A DNA stretch of 64,000 bases from an uncultured Pelagibacteraceae bacterium (GCA_902578315.1 CACHCL010000003.1:22539-86538), one strand, 5' to 3'. Positions 50,654-60,112 are shown, counted from the first letter of the stretch. The notes: generated by a model from the letters alone, not told the origin. Numbers and translations are program-made.

Positions 50654-52757
50654 GGAAAATTTTTCACCTGAGTATCCAGGCGCTGTATCTTTATTTGTTT
50701 ATGAGACTTCAAAAATAAGTAAATACAAAAAATCGATTACAGTTTTCGGTAATACAAACTATTCTAAAAAATTCGATATTAGCTACAGAAATATTGAACT
50801 TAAAAAATCTATTCTATCTAGTCAAACAAGAAATTATGTTAATAAATTTATTAAATTAGAAAGAGAAATTAATTCCTCTATTATTGAAATACATAACAGA
50901 CCTAGTTACGTTCATATACTTAAAGATCAAAACAAAAATAAGATTTACACCCTCTTTTTTCACAATGATCCTCTTTCGATGGAAGGATCAAAAACTATAG
51001 ATCAAAGAAAACAGTTATTGAAGACATGCTATAAAATTATTTTCAATAGTTCTTGGTCAAAAAAAAGATTTCTGGAAGGTCTTGAAAATAAATTTATTAA
51101 TAGTAATAAATTATTAATATTTTACCAATCAGCAAAAAAACAAAATTCTAATATTTTAAAAAGTAAAAAAAAATGGATTACTTTTGTAGGAAAGCTCAAT
51201 AAAGCAAAAGGTTACGATGTTTTTGCAAAATCAATTGTTAAAATTTTAGATAAACATCGTGAATGGAAAGCTATTGTTATTGGTGATGAAAAAAGAGAAA
51301 AAATTCCCCTAGTTCATGGAAATGCAAAAATTTTAGGTTTCAAAAAACATAGTGATGTACTTAAAATATTTCAAAAAACAAGTATCACTGTAGCTTGTTC
51401 TAGATGGGAAGAACCTTTTGGCAGAACAAGTTTAGAAGCTTCTGCAAATGGTTGTGCTGTAATTATTACAAATAAAGGTGGATTACCTGAGACTGTTACA
51501 AATGCAAAAATACTAAATAAACTTAATATTAAAAATCTTACAAAAACAATAAATTATTTAATCAAAAATAACAAATACCGAAAATCTTTACAAAGTTTAT
51601 CGATTAAAAATTTTTATTTAACACACAAATTTATATCTTCACTAATAGATAATTACAGAAGTGAAAAATTAAATATTAATAAAACATATTTTTTAAGAAA
51701 AAGAAAAAAATCTTTAAGAATCTTACATGTTACAAATTTTAATGAGCGGTTAGATGGAAGACTTTTTTTTAATACTGGTAGAAGAATAAATAATGGATTT
51801 ATTAGACTTGGTCACAGTGTTTTAGGATTTAGCGACAGAGACATTCAAAAATATTATAAATCTTTTAGAGATTTAAAAGGATCAAAAATTCTTAATGATA
51901 AACTCAAAAAGACTTGTTATAATTACAAACCAGATTTAATAGTTGCTGGTCATGCTGATTTACTTTCTAAAGATCAAATTCAAGAACTTAAAGAAGAGAA
52001 TCCTAACACTAAGTTTGCCCAATGGTTCCTTGATCCTCTAAATAAAAAGGGACCTGACTATGAAAGAAATAAAAACAGAATTTTAGATAAAATTGAATTA
52101 ATGGATGCAAGTTTTATTACGACTAGTCCCTCTGCTTTAAATTTTTTACCGAAAAATTCTAGAAACTTTTTTATTCCAAACCCAGGAGACCATTCATTTG
52201 AAACTTTAAATAATTTCTCCAAATCGTGTAATATTGATGTTTTCTTTGCTTTGAGCCATGGAGTTCACAGAGGAGTTCTTAAAAGTGGAAAAACAGATGA
52301 TCGAGTAACTTTTTTGAATAAGTTACAAACATTAACTCCTGACATTAAATTTGATATTTATGGAATCAACAAAGTTCAACCGATATGGGCTGATCATTAT
52401 TTTAAAACTATCTCTAATGCTAAAATGGGATTAAATTTAAGCAGGGGAGAAGCCATTAAATATTATAGCAGCGATAGAATTACACAAATTGTTGGTAACG
52501 GACTAGTTTGTTTAATAGATGAAAAAACTAAATACAGGGATTTTTTTAGTGACAATGAAATGGTTTTTTATAAAAATGAAAGTGATTTATCAGAAAAGAT
52601 TTTAAAGATTTCTAAAGATGAAAAGTTAAGAAAAAGAATTGGAAAAAATGGTAAAATTAAATATATGAAGTTTTTTAATTCCACAAATGTAGCAGATTTT
52701 ATAATCAATAAAACATTGAATACAGAAAGTAAGAAAAAGTATTTTTGGCATAATTAA
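50625..52757 (+). CDS. Two-module glycosyltransferase (GT4 fused to a second GT-B/CgeB-like module)
   Basis: FVGKL...KG and S.WEEPFG...LEA in the N-half; LNLSR...YSSDR....GNG in the C-half. Confidence 0.85.
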   Translation: MKISILLPYKENFSPEYPGAVSLFVYETSKISKYKKSITVFGNTNYSKKFDISYRNIELKKSILSSQTRNYVNKFIKLEREINSSIIEIHNRPSYVHILKDQNKNKIYTLFFHNDPLSMEGSKTIDQRKQLLKTCYKIIFNSSWSKKRFLEGLENKFINSNKLLIFYQSAKKQNSNILKSKKKWITFVGKLNKAKGYDVFAKSIVKILDKHREWKAIVIGDEKREKIPLVHGNAKILGFKKHSDVLKIFQKTSITVACSRWEEPFGRTSLEASANGCAVIITNKGGLPETVTNAKILNKLNIKNLTKTINYLIKNNKYRKSLQSLSIKNFYLTHKFISSLIDNYRSEKLNINKTYFLRKRKKSLRILHVTNFNERLDGRLFFNTGRRINNGFIRLGHSVLGFSDRDIQKYYKSFRDLKGSKILNDKLKKTCYNYKPDLIVAGHADLLSKDQIQELKEENPNTKFAQWFLDPLNKKGPDYERNKNRILDKIELMDASFITTSPSALNFLPKNSRNFFIPNPGDHSFETLNNFSKSCNIDVFFALSHGVHRGVLKSGKTDDRVTFLNKLQTLTPDIKFDIYGINKVQPIWADHYFKTISNAKMGLNLSRGEAIKYYSSDRITQIVGNGLVCLIDEKTKYRDFFSDNEMVFYKNESDLSEKILKISKDEKLRKRIGKNGKIKYMKFFNSTNVADFIINKTLNTESKKKYFWHN

Positions 52758-53608
52758 TGTTCTCCATAATTATTCCAACTTTTAATAATTTAAAATATTT
52801 AAAGTTATGTATTAAAAGTATTAAAAAAAACTCTAAATTTAATCATGAAATTATAATTCACATCAATGAAGGTATCGATGGTACTTTGGAATATCTTAAA
52901 GATAAAGAATTTATTACTTCATACTGCAAAAAAAATTCCGGTGTTTGTGTTGGGTTTAACAAAGCAACAGCTTTAGCTTCAAAAAAATATATTGTCCTTG
53001 CTCATGATGATATGTATTTTTGCCCAGATTGGGATGTAGCCTTTTATGATGAAATTAAAAGGCATCCAGAAAATAAAGATTTTTTTGTATCTGGCACGAT
53101 GGTTCAACCTTTTAAATCTTATTTAGAATTTGATTGCGGAAAAACATTAGAAGAATTTGACGAAGAAAAATTGCTTAAACACGTTAACCAATTAAAATTT
53201 GAGGATTATCAAGGAACACATTGGCAACCTTCATTAATTCCAAAAATTACATGGGATAAAGTAGGTGGTTTTAGCGAGGAATTTAGCCCAGGTTTGGGAT
53301 CTGATCCAGATTTTAACATGAAGTTATGGAATATTGGTGTTAGATTATTTAAAGGATTGGGCAAGAGTAGGGTATACCATTTCTCATCTATATCACTTAG
53401 AAAGAAGGCGTGGAATAATGGTGCAAAAATATTTTTATTAAAATGGGGAATTAGTATTAAATTTTTTAAAAAATATTATCTTAAATCCGACACTCCATTT
53501 ACCGGGCCTTTACCTGAGATTAATAAAAATCTTAAGTATTATTTTGATTTAATAAAATGTAAATTCGCTTATATTTTTCACTCAATTTTATCCAGAAAAA
53601 ATGCTTAA
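52757..53608 (+). CDS. Glycosyltransferase family 2
   Basis: FSIIIPTFN, HDDM, VGGFSEEF...GSD.D. Confidence 0.9.
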   Translation: MFSIIIPTFNNLKYLKLCIKSIKKNSKFNHEIIIHINEGIDGTLEYLKDKEFITSYCKKNSGVCVGFNKATALASKKYIVLAHDDMYFCPDWDVAFYDEIKRHPENKDFFVSGTMVQPFKSYLEFDCGKTLEEFDEEKLLKHVNQLKFEDYQGTHWQPSLIPKITWDKVGGFSEEFSPGLGSDPDFNMKLWNIGVRLFKGLGKSRVYHFSSISLRKKAWNNGAKIFLLKWGISIKFFKKYYLKSDTPFTGPLPEINKNLKYYFDLIKCKFAYIFHSILSRKNA

Positions 53609-54299
53609 ATATTTAAAAGTTTTCTTAAAATCCCTTTCTCATAAAAAAATTTCATACTCATATGGTGCAATTGACTTATTAATTCTAAATATTTTTAAAA
53701 ATCATGATAAAGGTTTTTATTTAGATATAGGATGTGGCCACCCGATAAAGAATAATAATACTTATTTATTAAGTAAAAAGGGATGGTCTGGTATAAATAT
53801 TGACTTAGACGAAGAGAATATTTCTCTCTTCAATGCTTATAGGAATAAAGATTTTAATGTTTCTTCAGCTGTTTCAGATAAAGATGGAGAAACAGATTTA
53901 TATTTTTATCATAATAAATCTTCACTGAATACAATTAATAAACAAAATGCAAATTTTCAGAAAGCTAAAATATCTGCTATTAAAAGAATTAAAACACAAA
54001 CGATTAATAAAATTATCGAAAATTCCCCTTATAAAGATAAAAAGATAGATTTTTTAACTATAGATGTCGAGGGTTCAGAATTACAAATTCTTAAAAATTT
54101 TGATTTTAATAAATATACACCTAAAGTAATTGTAGTTGAGTTTTTAGACTTATCTTTAAAAAAATTGGAAATTAAAAATCTAAATGTATCTAATGTTATT
54201 AAATCAGAAATTTATAAACTTATAGTATCCAAGGGTTACACATTGGCAAACATACTTCATTCTGATTTAGTTTTCATTCAAAATAGTTTTAGAGATTAA
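53601..54299 (+). CDS. FkbM family methyltransferase
   Basis: GFYLDIGC.HP...NNTY, IDFLTIDVEGSE. Confidence 0.9.
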   Translation: MLKYLKVFLKSLSHKKISYSYGAIDLLILNIFKNHDKGFYLDIGCGHPIKNNNTYLLSKKGWSGINIDLDEENISLFNAYRNKDFNVSSAVSDKDGETDLYFYHNKSSLNTINKQNANFQKAKISAIKRIKTQTINKIIENSPYKDKKIDFLTIDVEGSELQILKNFDFNKYTPKVIVVEFLDLSLKKLEIKNLNVSNVIKSEIYKLIVSKGYTLANILHSDLVFIQNSFRD

Positions 54300-54301
54300 T
54301 T

Positions 54302-55255
54302 TTATATTTTAATTTTGTTCAAAGCATTATTTTTGAATAAGTTTGCTTCCCTTATGTATCTTCTTACCATTTGTGTTGTTTTATGACCTGTCATCGCCAT
54401 AATACTTCTTTCATCTGCTCCAGACTCTGCCGCTACAGTTGCAAAACCTGACCTTAAACTATGTCCTGAAAAGTTTTGATTTTCAATTCCAGCTAATTTC
54501 AAACAATCTTTAATTATTAACACAACTGACTGATCTGTTAATCTATAATCAGATAGCACTGATCCTTTAGTGAATCTTCTAAATATAGGCCCAGTTTTTA
54601 TTTTTGATAAAATTAACCAATTTTTTAAACTTGTAACAGGACAATATTTTGCGTTAGTGAAGTAGGGCAATCCTTTTATAAGACCTTCTCCAAATTGATC
54701 TGTTTTAGATCTTCTTAGAGTGATTTTTACGCCTTCTTCGACGAAATCTAGGTCTTCATAGTTAATAGAAATTAATTCTGTTCTTCTGAACCCGCCTCCA
54801 AAACCTATAAGTATAAGTGTTCTATTTCTTAATTTTTTTATTTTTTCTATTTTTTGTTCATCTATCACATTTATTATTTGTTTTAAGTGATTGATTAATA
54901 TAGGTTTTTTTCCAATTTGAATGCTTCCTTTTTTTCTTTTTATTCCTAATAAGTTTTCGATAATAACAGGATGCTTTGTATCTAAATAATGACCTTTTAA
55001 CTTATGAACTACCCCAATAGATACAAGTCTACGTCTTAAAGTGCTTATTTTAGAGTCAGCAGATAGATGTGTAAGGTATAATGATACAACTTTAGGTTCA
55101 GTTGGCATTGAATTAAATCCGTGTTTTGCACAGAAAGCAGCAAAATCTTTAAAGTCAGATTTATACGCTCTTAACGTGTTATTAGCCTTAGAACTTTTGA
55201 GGTTTTCGAGAGTTTCCTCATGAAGCTTTTTTACATCTGTTAATAACTCATTCAT
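54302..55255 (-). CDS. Cre/IntA-like site-specific tyrosine recombinase
   Basis: NTLRAY.SD core-binding domain; catalytic R (GFRRTE), K (SKTDQ), HSLR, TGH and Y (VRRY) all intact. Confidence 0.92.
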   Translation of the reverse strand: MNELLTDVKKLHEETLENLKSSKANNTLRAYKSDFKDFAAFCAKHGFNSMPTEPKVVSLYLTHLSADSKISTLRRRLVSIGVVHKLKGHYLDTKHPVIIENLLGIKRKKGSIQIGKKPILINHLKQIINVIDEQKIEKIKKLRNRTLILIGFGGGFRRTELISINYEDLDFVEEGVKITLRRSKTDQFGEGLIKGLPYFTNAKYCPVTSLKNWLILSKIKTGPIFRRFTKGSVLSDYRLTDQSVVLIIKDCLKLAGIENQNFSGHSLRSGFATVAAESGADERSIMAMTGHKTTQMVRRYIREANLFKNNALNKIKI

Positions 55256-55257
55256 AT

Positions 55258-55294
55258 TATTACTATTGATAACAATTAATTATCATTAGTAATA
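55258..55294. other. Putative recombinase target site (15-bp inverted arms, 7-bp asymmetric spacer)
   Basis: TATTACTATTGATAA-CAATTAA-TTATCATTAGTAATA; arms 14/15 complementary; 2 nt from the recombinase start codon. Confidence 0.7.
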
Positions 55295-55337
55295 TATTAA
55301 GTGATTTTAAATGTCAATACGTATAATTTTAAAACTA

Positions 55338-55502
55338 ATGATTAAATTTATTCTTCCTATAGTAGTATTTATAGCTGCAGTTTACGGAATTTCCTACTTC
55401 TGGAGTAACTCAAGCTCAAAAGGTAAAAAAATGATAGCTTTAGGCTTAATAATAGCGTTTATAGTGGGCATATCTTTAACATCTTACCTGATTTTTGACT
55501 AA
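55338..55502 (+). CDS. Small 2-TM hypothetical membrane protein
   Basis: Two hydrophobic helices; TAATG coupling to next gene; start may instead be 55311. Confidence 0.65.
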   Translation: MIKFILPIVVFIAAVYGISYFWSNSSSKGKKMIALGLIIAFIVGISLTSYLIFD

Positions 55503-55777
55503 TGAAGTTAATAGGTACTGAATTTCAGCTAAAAGTATGGGCTTATTTGAAGAAAATACCCCGTGGAAGCGTTAAAACCTACTCTCAAGTGGCAAAAGGT
55601 ATAGGAAAACCGCTTGCTGTACGCGCTGTGGCTAATGCCATAGGAAAAAACCCGTATGCTCCCAAAATACCTTGCCATAGAGTTATAAGATCTGACGGAT
55701 CGCTTGGAGGCTATTCAGGCAAGGGAGGCTTAAAAACAAAGAGATTTTTACTAAAAAAAGAGGGCATTAAGCTCTAG
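55502..55777 (+). CDS. ogt: Minimal O6-alkylguanine-DNA alkyltransferase (MGMT C-terminal domain)
   Basis: FQ.KVW..L..IP.G...TY, RAVANA, IPCHRV, GGYSG. Confidence 0.9.
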   Translation: MKLIGTEFQLKVWAYLKKIPRGSVKTYSQVAKGIGKPLAVRAVANAIGKNPYAPKIPCHRVIRSDGSLGGYSGKGGLKTKRFLLKKEGIKL

Positions 55778-55830
55778 AATTGTTATTTGACGGGCGATCG
55801 GGTCTATTGACCCCTATTTCAGTGTTTTTT

Positions 55831-55839
55831 TTATCCACA
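55831..55839 (+). promoter_or_regulatory. Perfect DnaA-box 9-mer
   Basis: TTATCCACA in the long intergenic region; function unproven. Confidence 0.4.
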
Positions 55840-56189
55840 CACCAGTTAGTTGTACTCTGAAATGAATGATTCCAAAAAAAACACCCTCTATGGCCGTTTA
55901 AACGGTATATTCAGTAAACGCAAAGCTCGTAGAATACTTGTTTATAAAGGCTTTTAGAGTGTTCTAAAACACATAATTTTACTCAATTTTAGCTTATAGC
56001 AATTTATCATTTTATCGATTTTTATAATCAATACTTAATTTTAATACCTTTTTTTTCTTATTCATTATTTTTTCAATTAATAATAAGTATTATTTTTCAA
56101 TGATTATTTGCTTTTTTTAACCAATATGTAAGTAGTACTTACTTATTACATAATTTATTGATTTAATTATTTAATGTAAATGATTGTAA

Positions 56190-57089
56190 TTATTGGAAAT
56201 ATTTGAGGCTAATATATACAACAATGGGGATAGTTATAAATGACATTAGTGTGGAAGTCACTATAACGCTAGCAATACTATCGACTACCCTTTTCTCTGA
56301 ATACATAGAGCCCACTAAATAAGTTAAAATAGCACTTGGCATAGCAGATTGAATTAAAAGCACACCAGCAGGTAATCCAGTAAGATTTAAATATTTAATT
56401 AAACCAAATCCAATTATGGGACCAATTATAATTCTTACGACGCTTAAAATAGATGCATTCAACCATGATACCACTTTTAATTTTGTCAATGCAATTCCTA
56501 AGGACATAAGAACCAGAAATATTGTAGCATAGGTTAATAAAAACGTGGTATTAACTACAAAACCAGGGACCTCCCAATCATAATATAAAACAATCACAGC
56601 CGCTATTATCCCGTAAATAGGCATATTAGTAATTAATATTTTCAGTGAAAAACTTTTCTTTGCTAAAAGAACTCCTAATGTGAAGTGAAGCAAGATAATT
56701 ACTGATGCTATAGCTGAGGCAATACCTAAACCCTCTGTGCCATAGGCAAATAAGCAAATTGGTATACCCATATTACCAGTGTTTGGTAAAATTAATGGAG
56801 GAAGCTCACTCACAAAGTCATTTTTCATTAAAGCGAGAACGATTAAGCCTACTACAGCAAACCCTCCTATTATAATCAAAGCATAAGTAAAATATTCTAC
56901 AAATGTTTCTAAAGTTACACCTGTTGATGTAATAGTGTAGAAAATCATTGCAGGTGTACCAACATTACCTGCCAATGTGGTTATAAAATCAGTATTAAAA
57001 TTAGGATCTTTTTTACCAAGGTAATAACCTATACCAATCACAAAAAATACTGGAAGTATGACGTCTATCAGTTTGATATAGAGTTCCAT
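56190..57089 (-). CDS. AEC (auxin efflux carrier) family transporter
   Basis: PNTGNMGIP.C.FAYG..GL, QSAMPSA. Confidence 0.9.
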   Translation of the reverse strand: MELYIKLIDVILPVFFVIGIGYYLGKKDPNFNTDFITTLAGNVGTPAMIFYTITSTGVTLETFVEYFTYALIIIGGFAVVGLIVLALMKNDFVSELPPLILPNTGNMGIPICLFAYGTEGLGIASAIASVIILLHFTLGVLLAKKSFSLKILITNMPIYGIIAAVIVLYYDWEVPGFVVNTTFLLTYATIFLVLMSLGIALTKLKVVSWLNASILSVVRIIIGPIIGFGLIKYLNLTGLPAGVLLIQSAMPSAILTYLVGSMYSEKRVVDSIASVIVTSTLMSFITIPIVVYISLKYFQ

Positions 57090-58096
57090 TAAACTCTTAC
57101 ATCAGATTTTTGAGGTTTTCTCAACTTATTAGTATTGTAATTAATAGCAGTCTCGAACTCCATTAATCGCTTATGAATTGATCTAAGTTCTGTAATCCTT
57201 GTCCAATTATATAAAAATACAGAGAAAGCATCTTTAACTTCACCAAATGCGTTTACTACTTGCATCATAACACCTAAAGTGAACGCTGCAGTAAATAATC
57301 CTGGTGCCATTATTAAAAATGGGACTATTACGAATAATTGTCTATACCAAATAGCCCATAAATCAAAATATCCGTAGTGTAAAAATAGTTTGTGATAATT
57401 AAATTTTATACCTGTAAAAAGTTGTAAAATTGTTGGAGCTTGAACATAATTTTTTCTATCATCTTCGCCATAAACTAATTCTTTTCTAAATGCAGCTTCA
57501 ACCTTTTGATTGTTATATTCCAGACCAGGTAATTTAATTCCGACTAGCCAACTAATAAGTATTCCACCCAAACTAAGAGTAAGCGCTACCCAAACTAATG
57601 ATCCTGAAACGTTGTTTAAAAAAGGAACACTAACATTTGAAGAAAGAACCCATAAAATTGGAATAAATGCTATTAGTGTCATAATAGCTTTAACGACTTG
57701 CAATCCAATTGACTCTACAATTTTTGCAAAATTCATACAGTCTTCTTGAATTCTTTGAGATGAACCCTCTACTTTTGCCTCAGTAGCTCTCCAATAAGGC
57801 ATATACGAAAACGTCATAGCCTCTCTCCATCTAAATGCCCATAGCCTTGTAAACCAATTAGTGAAAGCAAAAAGTGTTACGTAAGGAAGTGCTATATATA
57901 AAAACCTTTTAATTGACTCCCAAAACTCTGATATCTCACGTTTTTCAGCTGTTTGGAGAATGTCATAAAAATCCTTGTACCAACTATTGAAGAGAACATC
58001 CAAATAGGTTTGCATCACTAGCAAAGAAATAATAAAAAACCCTCCTCCGTAGGACCAATAAAACCATTTTTTATCTCTGAAAAAACTTCTCCACAT
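57089..58096 (-). CDS. SbmA/BacA-like peptide transporter
   Basis: N.WY..FYD, FRWR.AM, EG.SQRIQED, LPGLE.NNQKVEAAFRKELV.GED. Confidence 0.88.
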   Translation of the reverse strand: MWRSFFRDKKWFYWSYGGGFFIISLLVMQTYLDVLFNSWYKDFYDILQTAEKREISEFWESIKRFLYIALPYVTLFAFTNWFTRLWAFRWREAMTFSYMPYWRATEAKVEGSSQRIQEDCMNFAKIVESIGLQVVKAIMTLIAFIPILWVLSSNVSVPFLNNVSGSLVWVALTLSLGGILISWLVGIKLPGLEYNNQKVEAAFRKELVYGEDDRKNYVQAPTILQLFTGIKFNYHKLFLHYGYFDLWAIWYRQLFVIVPFLIMAPGLFTAAFTLGVMMQVVNAFGEVKDAFSVFLYNWTRITELRSIHKRLMEFETAINYNTNKLRKPQKSDVRV

Positions 58097-58098
58097 AT

Positions 58099-58383
58099 TT
58101 AATCTTTAATAAAATTATCTGCGTACGATTTTATAACAAATTCTTTCTTATTAGGTTCAATAATATTGTAAGATATATTATTTTTTTTAGCATATTCTAT
58201 AGCTTTTTCTTTTGACGAAAACTTAAGAATAACTTCTTCAAGGGTATCCGTTGTTGTCTCCCACCCCATTAAAGGATTAATTGAGGGATCTTTAGTTATA
58301 AATTCTAATACCCAATTTTTAAGTTTGCCCCTGCCCGATTGCATCGCAGTTTTAGTAGGAATGTAAATTTTAGCTTTTTTCAT
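58099..58383 (-). CDS. ETC complex I accessory subunit (NDUFS4-like)
   Basis: AKIY.P.KTAMQSG, NPLMGW, KSYADNF. Confidence 0.93.
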   Translation of the reverse strand: MKKAKIYIPTKTAMQSGRGKLKNWVLEFITKDPSINPLMGWETTTDTLEEVILKFSSKEKAIEYAKKNNISYNIIEPNKKEFVIKSYADNFIKD

Positions 58384-58391
58384 CTTTATAA

Positions 58392-58468
<77 letters not shown>

Positions 58469-58541
58469 AACGTCTGTTTTATAGGTTAATTAAGTGATTT
58501 TGGCAATTGAAAGATAGTCTCTATAGAAGTAAATAATACCA

Positions 58542-59714
58542 ATGATACAGCATATTACAAAACCATTTAAATATTTTTTTAAACTTGAGGCTGCTTCTGG
58601 GTTAGTTTTGTTATTTGCTGCAATACTAGCTCTTATAATTAGTAATGGTAGTTTAAGCGAAATTTATTTTTCTACATTAGAAAAATATATCACGCTTGGT
58701 ACTAAGGAATTTGGTTTAAAACTAAGTGTTCTTCATTGGATAAATGATGTTCTAATGGCTATATTTTTCTTTTTTGTTTCATTAGAGATAAAAAGAGAAT
58801 TCATTCAAGGCGAATTGTCTAATCCAAAACAGGCTATGTTACCTATCATTGGTGCAGTCGGAGGAATGGCAGTGCCAGCATTATTTTATATTGGTGTTAA
58901 TTATTCTGACAGCACAACACTTAACGGTTGGGCGATACCTTCAGCTACAGATATTGCTTTTTCTTTAGGAGTTTTATCGTTACTTGGCAAAAGAGTTCCG
59001 ATATCACTAAAAGTTTTTTTGACCGCACTAGCGATTATAGATGATTTAGGAGCAATTGTTATTATTGCCTTTTTTTATTCTGGTAATATTGAAGCTAAAT
59101 ATTTAGTTCTGATGTTATTGTCTTTGATTTTTTTAATATTACTTAATAAGTTTAAAATAAAAAGTTTCATACCTTTTTTGATTGTAGGAATTTTTCTGTG
59201 GGATTTTACTCATCAATCGGGAATACATGCTACTATCGCAGGTGTTCTATTGGCTTTAACAATTCCTCATACAAAAAATAGAAGCAAAGAATCAATGTTG
59301 CTTAAATTAGAACATGGTTTGTCCCCATATGTAGCTTTTGGAATAATGCCACTTTTTGCTTTTGCTAATGCAGGAGTTTCTCTTGAAGGACTTACTTTTT
59401 CCACTTTGCTCAATCCTGTGCCTCTTGGAATTGTTTTAGGTCTATTTTTTGGAAAACAAATTGGTGTTTTTGCCTTATCATATATATCGGTTAAACTAAA
59501 ATTTGCTGATAAACCATCTGGTTCAACATGGTTAGCTCTTTATGGAGTTTCAATATTAACAGGTATTGGATTTACAATGAGTTTGTTTGTTGGAAATCTA
59601 GCTTTTGCAAATAATTTAGAATATATGGACGGAGTAAAAATCGGAGTGTTGACAGGCTCACTTCTTTCTACTCTCTTTGGATATTTTTTACTGTCGATTT
59701 CTTCTAAGAAATGA
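58542..59714 (+). CDS. nhaA: Na+/H+ antiporter NhaA
   Basis: WINDVLMAIFF, GWAIP.ATDIAF, LAIIDDLGA, GIGFTMSLF. Confidence 0.96.
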   Translation: MIQHITKPFKYFFKLEAASGLVLLFAAILALIISNGSLSEIYFSTLEKYITLGTKEFGLKLSVLHWINDVLMAIFFFFVSLEIKREFIQGELSNPKQAMLPIIGAVGGMAVPALFYIGVNYSDSTTLNGWAIPSATDIAFSLGVLSLLGKRVPISLKVFLTALAIIDDLGAIVIIAFFYSGNIEAKYLVLMLLSLIFLILLNKFKIKSFIPFLIVGIFLWDFTHQSGIHATIAGVLLALTIPHTKNRSKESMLLKLEHGLSPYVAFGIMPLFAFANAGVSLEGLTFSTLLNPVPLGIVLGLFFGKQIGVFALSYISVKLKFADKPSGSTWLALYGVSILTGIGFTMSLFVGNLAFANNLEYMDGVKIGVLTGSLLSTLFGYFLLSISSKK

Positions 59715-60112
59715 TCAATAAAGAAATTATTAAATTAGCTTCCAATACCTCAAATGTAGGTTTAAAGAATAAATATTCACATAGAATATCTTTAAAAAAT
59801 TCAACATGTGGAGACAAAATTACTTTGGAGCTAGTAATTGATAAAGAAAAAATATGTTCAATGAGATACGAAACTGTATCATGTATATTTTGTGAGGCTT
59901 CAGCAAGTCTTCTATCAAGAAAAATTAAAAATATTAAATTAATTGATATCAAAAACGATTTTGTAACTTTAAAAAAAGTATCATTAAAAAAAAACGTCAA
60001 AATTCCTAAGAAATTATCTGATTTCAGAAAATTGCTTAATCGCGACAATTTTAATAGGTTTAAATGTATATTTTTACCAATTGATGCAGTAATAAAGGCT
60101 TTAAAGTTATGA
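59711..60112 (+). CDS. IscU/NifU-like Fe-S scaffold protein
   Basis: N.TCGD.I, SC..C.ASAS.L, R..C..LP. Confidence 0.8.
   Translation: MINKEIIKLASNTSNVGLKNKYSHRISLKNSTCGDKITLELVIDKEKICSMRYETVSCIFCEASASLLSRKIKNIKLIDIKNDFVTLKKVSLKKNVKIPKKLSDFRKLLNRDNFNRFKCIFLPIDAVIKALKL

Noticed and set aside
54302-55255. Recombinase as a prophage integrase or as the mobiliser of the tRNA-Glu cassette
   Set aside because: No phage genes or flanking att duplication nearby. It lacks an arm-binding extension, has its own palindromic site, and I saw no similar palindrome at the tRNA-Glu repeats.
56142-56181. Possible canonical dif site (TTATTACATAA and TTAATGTAAAT resemble the XerD arm)
   Set aside because: No XerC-like arm at 6-bp spacing; partial matches are expected by chance in a tract of about 16% GC.
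55778-56189. Calling this region oriC
   Set aside because: Only one perfect DnaA box, no origin-linked genes (dnaA, parAB, gidA, hemE), and ribosomal protein genes point toward it; kept only as an unexplained element.
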